Origin: Geosiphon pyriformis uo1
Lineage: Eukaryota; Fungi; Glomeromycota
DNA: 64,000 bases
NCBI GenBank assembly: GCA_016748015.1
Contig: JAAOMT010000664.1
Location: forward strand, 690,715-754,714
Direction: 5' to 3'
Made by a program: the position numbers and the translations under genes
In this document: piece after piece, positions 60,897 through 64,000 of the stretch
Position numbering within the stretch: position 1 is the stretch's first letter
How the letters are laid out: each line of letters starts with the position of its first letter
Notes under the pieces: model-generated
Told to the model about the DNA's origin: nothing
What the model saw: the letters and a program-made list of their open reading frames with translations, nothing else
Databases searched by the model: none

Positions 60897-63800
60897 ATGG
60901 AATTTCAGAATATTCCTTTAACGAATTCCAACCTTGTAGACTTACCGTCACCCACACCTCTTTCAGCAAGCAACAATGCCAATACTGGGACGCCAATCAA
61001 ACGTTTTAAGCCAATCGAGACTTGTGACCATTGTAAGGAGCGAAAAGTTAAATGCGATAAAGAGCGGCCAGTATGCGGCACTTGTAAGAGAACTAAAAGA
61101 GAGTGTACCTATGAGTTCTCTGCTTCTTCAAAGCGTGGGAGGCCCAAAAGTGAACTTGAGATTTTGCAGGAACAGATAGACGATGTTGTTACCATTCAGC
61201 ACGGTCAACTAAATCAGCTGGAATCATTATTAGAAATGGCTGTAAAGGGGACCAGAGATCTTTCACAGACTTCAACAATAAATTTGTCTGATTTGATACC
61301 GAGTAACGATAATTCAGATGGAGAAGGTTTCCTTCAAAGTCAAGTTTTTAATGTAAGTTTAAGTTAGCAGGAGTTTTTTCAGCGTTAACTACGTATTTTA
61401 ATCAATTTTGTGATTACCAGGGCTGGGTTGGGATGCATCCAAACGACGTAATGCCTGCCCCAAGTTTGAATCAAAACATATCTGAGGAGACTCTACAAGT
61501 TTCAGCTCAATTAGCTGCAACATTGCCTAAAAACAGCAAAGCGCCAGTGGTGCGAGATGATTTAATTATTTGTTTTTTTTTTTGCCAAGAACCTTTAAAA
61601 TGCTATATTTTTAATCTTTACCTCTACAGGTTCACAGCAGTAACATAAATGATCTCAATCAATATCAAGGAATCAATCTGGCTGCATCAGATCCAATTGA
61701 TCAGCTTACAAATGAATTCGATAGCCTAAATCCATTCGAATCTACTCAATATATCGGAGAAGGATCACTATTAATGCTAAGTGATGTTGGTGAAGAAACG
61801 ATACTTCCTCAAAAGCCTACTGATCTGTCTCAAGTTGAACCAGAACTTAAAATCATACCAGAACCAGTCGCAGCAAAATATATGATAGACTTATATTATC
61901 AGGTATTTGAATTGGACCGGATTGAAATTAACTCGATAAACATATAGATTGATTTTTAGTCTTTCTTCATAACATCAGCGAGTTTATCGACATTATCCAC
62001 ATCTAAGAAGAAAATTTGTTGACGATTGCCTTGCAAATCTTTCAAAGCCACAACATTTCCTTTTGCTTAATAGTGTCTTTTTTGCTGCTTCACCATTTCA
62101 TAAGGATGAGAAAATGCGTGACGGAAAAACTTATCACAAGGTATTTAAGTAAAGATGAATATTCAATTTGTAATTTTTTAAGATTACAATTCGTTTATGA
62201 TTCTCTCAAATTAAATAATAAAAATTAGAGAGCAGTAGGTAATGGAAAATTCATTAATATACTGTTTATAAGCTTTGCTTTGTTATTCTTTGCTTTGAAT
62301 TTACATTTATTACAATGCTGATATGCCTCAATTCCAATAAGCCTTATTACAGAATCATTGCTTGCAAACTCCTCACGTTTTAACAGTGATAAGTCTTTTT
62401 ATACTTGGTTTACATACCCGGACGGTAAGTTGGTTAATTTTAAAACTATAAGAGCAAATTTCATTTAATTTTATTAAAAGAAATTGTTTTTTATTAGATG
62501 GGCTCAGCGTGGATCTTTCATGGAATGGGATCAAAAATGACTTTTGAATTGGGATTACATCGAAAAATTAAGAGATTTCAAATGAATGAAGAAATCAAAG
62601 AAATGAGGGATATGGCATTTTGGGGTTGCTTTGTGGCCGAAACGTGAGCATAAATTTAGATGGATTTACTTCACTGGTTAAGAATTAGTCGGAAAAAAAA
62701 TGCACCGAAAAATGCTTTTATTTATTTTTTATAGATGGGTTTCAGCATGTTATGGCCGTCCAAGCGCGATTGATGAAGCGAGTTGTGATGTAGACCTTCT
62801 TCCTATACCATCAGATCCTGAGCCAGATGAAGAGACAAGACTTCATATTGCATGGATTCTTCAAATAAATTTAATGCGCATTTTCGCTCAAGTAAGTTAT
62901 ATTAAGCTCAATCGGAATAAAAATCATTATTAATTCAAAAAAATTTATTCTCAGGTGCGTAAATATTTGTATGGACGGTCAAAAATAGAAGGTACTCGGC
63001 GAGAAGAGAATCAATTTCGATTCTTGGATGCAGCTCTTGGTCGCTGGTTTTATACTTTACCACAATGGTTAAAATTCGAAGAGATGGCAAAAGATGAACA
63101 GGGTAGTTTGCTAGGATCTATCGGGGGTAAATATCGGTCTATCAATTTTTTTCCATTATTTAAATCTAATATCTTCTTGACCCTATACTTGATATTTCTG
63201 CAGGAGAGATGCACACACTATTTTGGACTGTGCTTATTCTTCTTCATAGCCTTAATCTCACAATGTTCACCTCAAGTCCATCCAAACTCACAATACACAC
63301 TAGCCAAGATTCCACCCGTTTATCTTCTCAAACTATTTGCATTCATGCTGCTACTATCCTTCTGCATTGGCTTGATGTCCTAATGAATTCAGTACCAGAT
63401 TTTTTTGAACAATCATGTACCGCTTTATTTTCTATAGCCCCTGCCATTCGTGTTTTATCTTGGACTGCACAAAGAGGTGATCAAAAAGCTGAAAGTATGG
63501 TAGAACGACTAAAAGAAATTAAGAATGAAGTGAAAGAAATTGCTCGAAGAAGATTTGCAACAGGTAGATTGGATGGCGAGGAAAAACTTAAAGGATGGTT
63601 GGGAAAATTTAAGAAAGAGGAAGAAGCCAAAAGCAGCAAAGCCCAAGATGGAAATAAGATGCTCAATCCGGATCAATACAAAAATGATCGTTCACAGAAT
63701 TCCCACAAAACTCGAAATCCAACCCGTCGGCGAAATAACAAATCAACTAATTGGAATGATGACACCGACAATTTTAAATTTACTTTTGCACCAACTAATT

Positions 63801-64000
63801 TCAATAGTTTTCAAGAATCCTCTCAACAAAATTTACACCCATATAATTATTCCGATACACCCCAACATCAAGAGTTTCATATATCTGGGGAATCCACAAA
63901 TTACAATTCAAATTATTCAGAATTACAGTTCTCTAATCTATCTGCACCGAATCCTTCATCTGCCTCAACATCCCCCAATCCATCTACCATATCTTCTCAA
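60897..64000 (+). CDS. Zn(II)2Cys6 transcription factor with fungal-specific middle homology region; multi-exon, runs off the right edge
   Basis: CDHCKERKVKCDKERPVCGTCKRTKREC. ELGLHRK..AFWGCFVAETWVSACYGRPSAID. Confidence 0.95.

Overview
AT-rich, intron-dense eukaryotic DNA. The gene set (NoxR, Zn2Cys6 factor, CENATAC, short GT-AG introns) points to an early-diverging fungus, most likely Glomeromycotina (inference only). The first ~26 kb is a nest of retrotransposons. Two related APE-RT LINEs lie head-to-head across an AT-rich (AAT)n spacer (4184-~8050 minus; ~9020-26000 plus, the latter with RNase H), and each is interrupted inside its RT by a minus-strand Ty3/Gypsy element. The complete Gypsy (13371-23593) has TGTTA..TAACA LTRs, a CTGT target-site duplication, a PBS and a PPT, but its interior is mis-assembled around 13 N-gaps. 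It encodes a dUTPase and an unrecognised Cys-rich domain that is also present in the other Gypsy. The repeats carry a strong C>T/G>A mutation load that the host genes lack. From 26.5 kb to the end is a run of host genes: a Pro/Arg-Asp-rich orphan, PAAF1/Rpn14, a divergent four-finger CPSF30/Yth1 homolog, a tail-anchored orphan, an intronless alkaline-phosphatase-family enzyme, CENATAC/CCDC84, RTF2, TCD1/2-like, NoxR, RPL42, Kelch-BTB, a DHX30/36-like helicase and a partial Zn2Cys6 transcription factor. Exon boundaries were read by eye.
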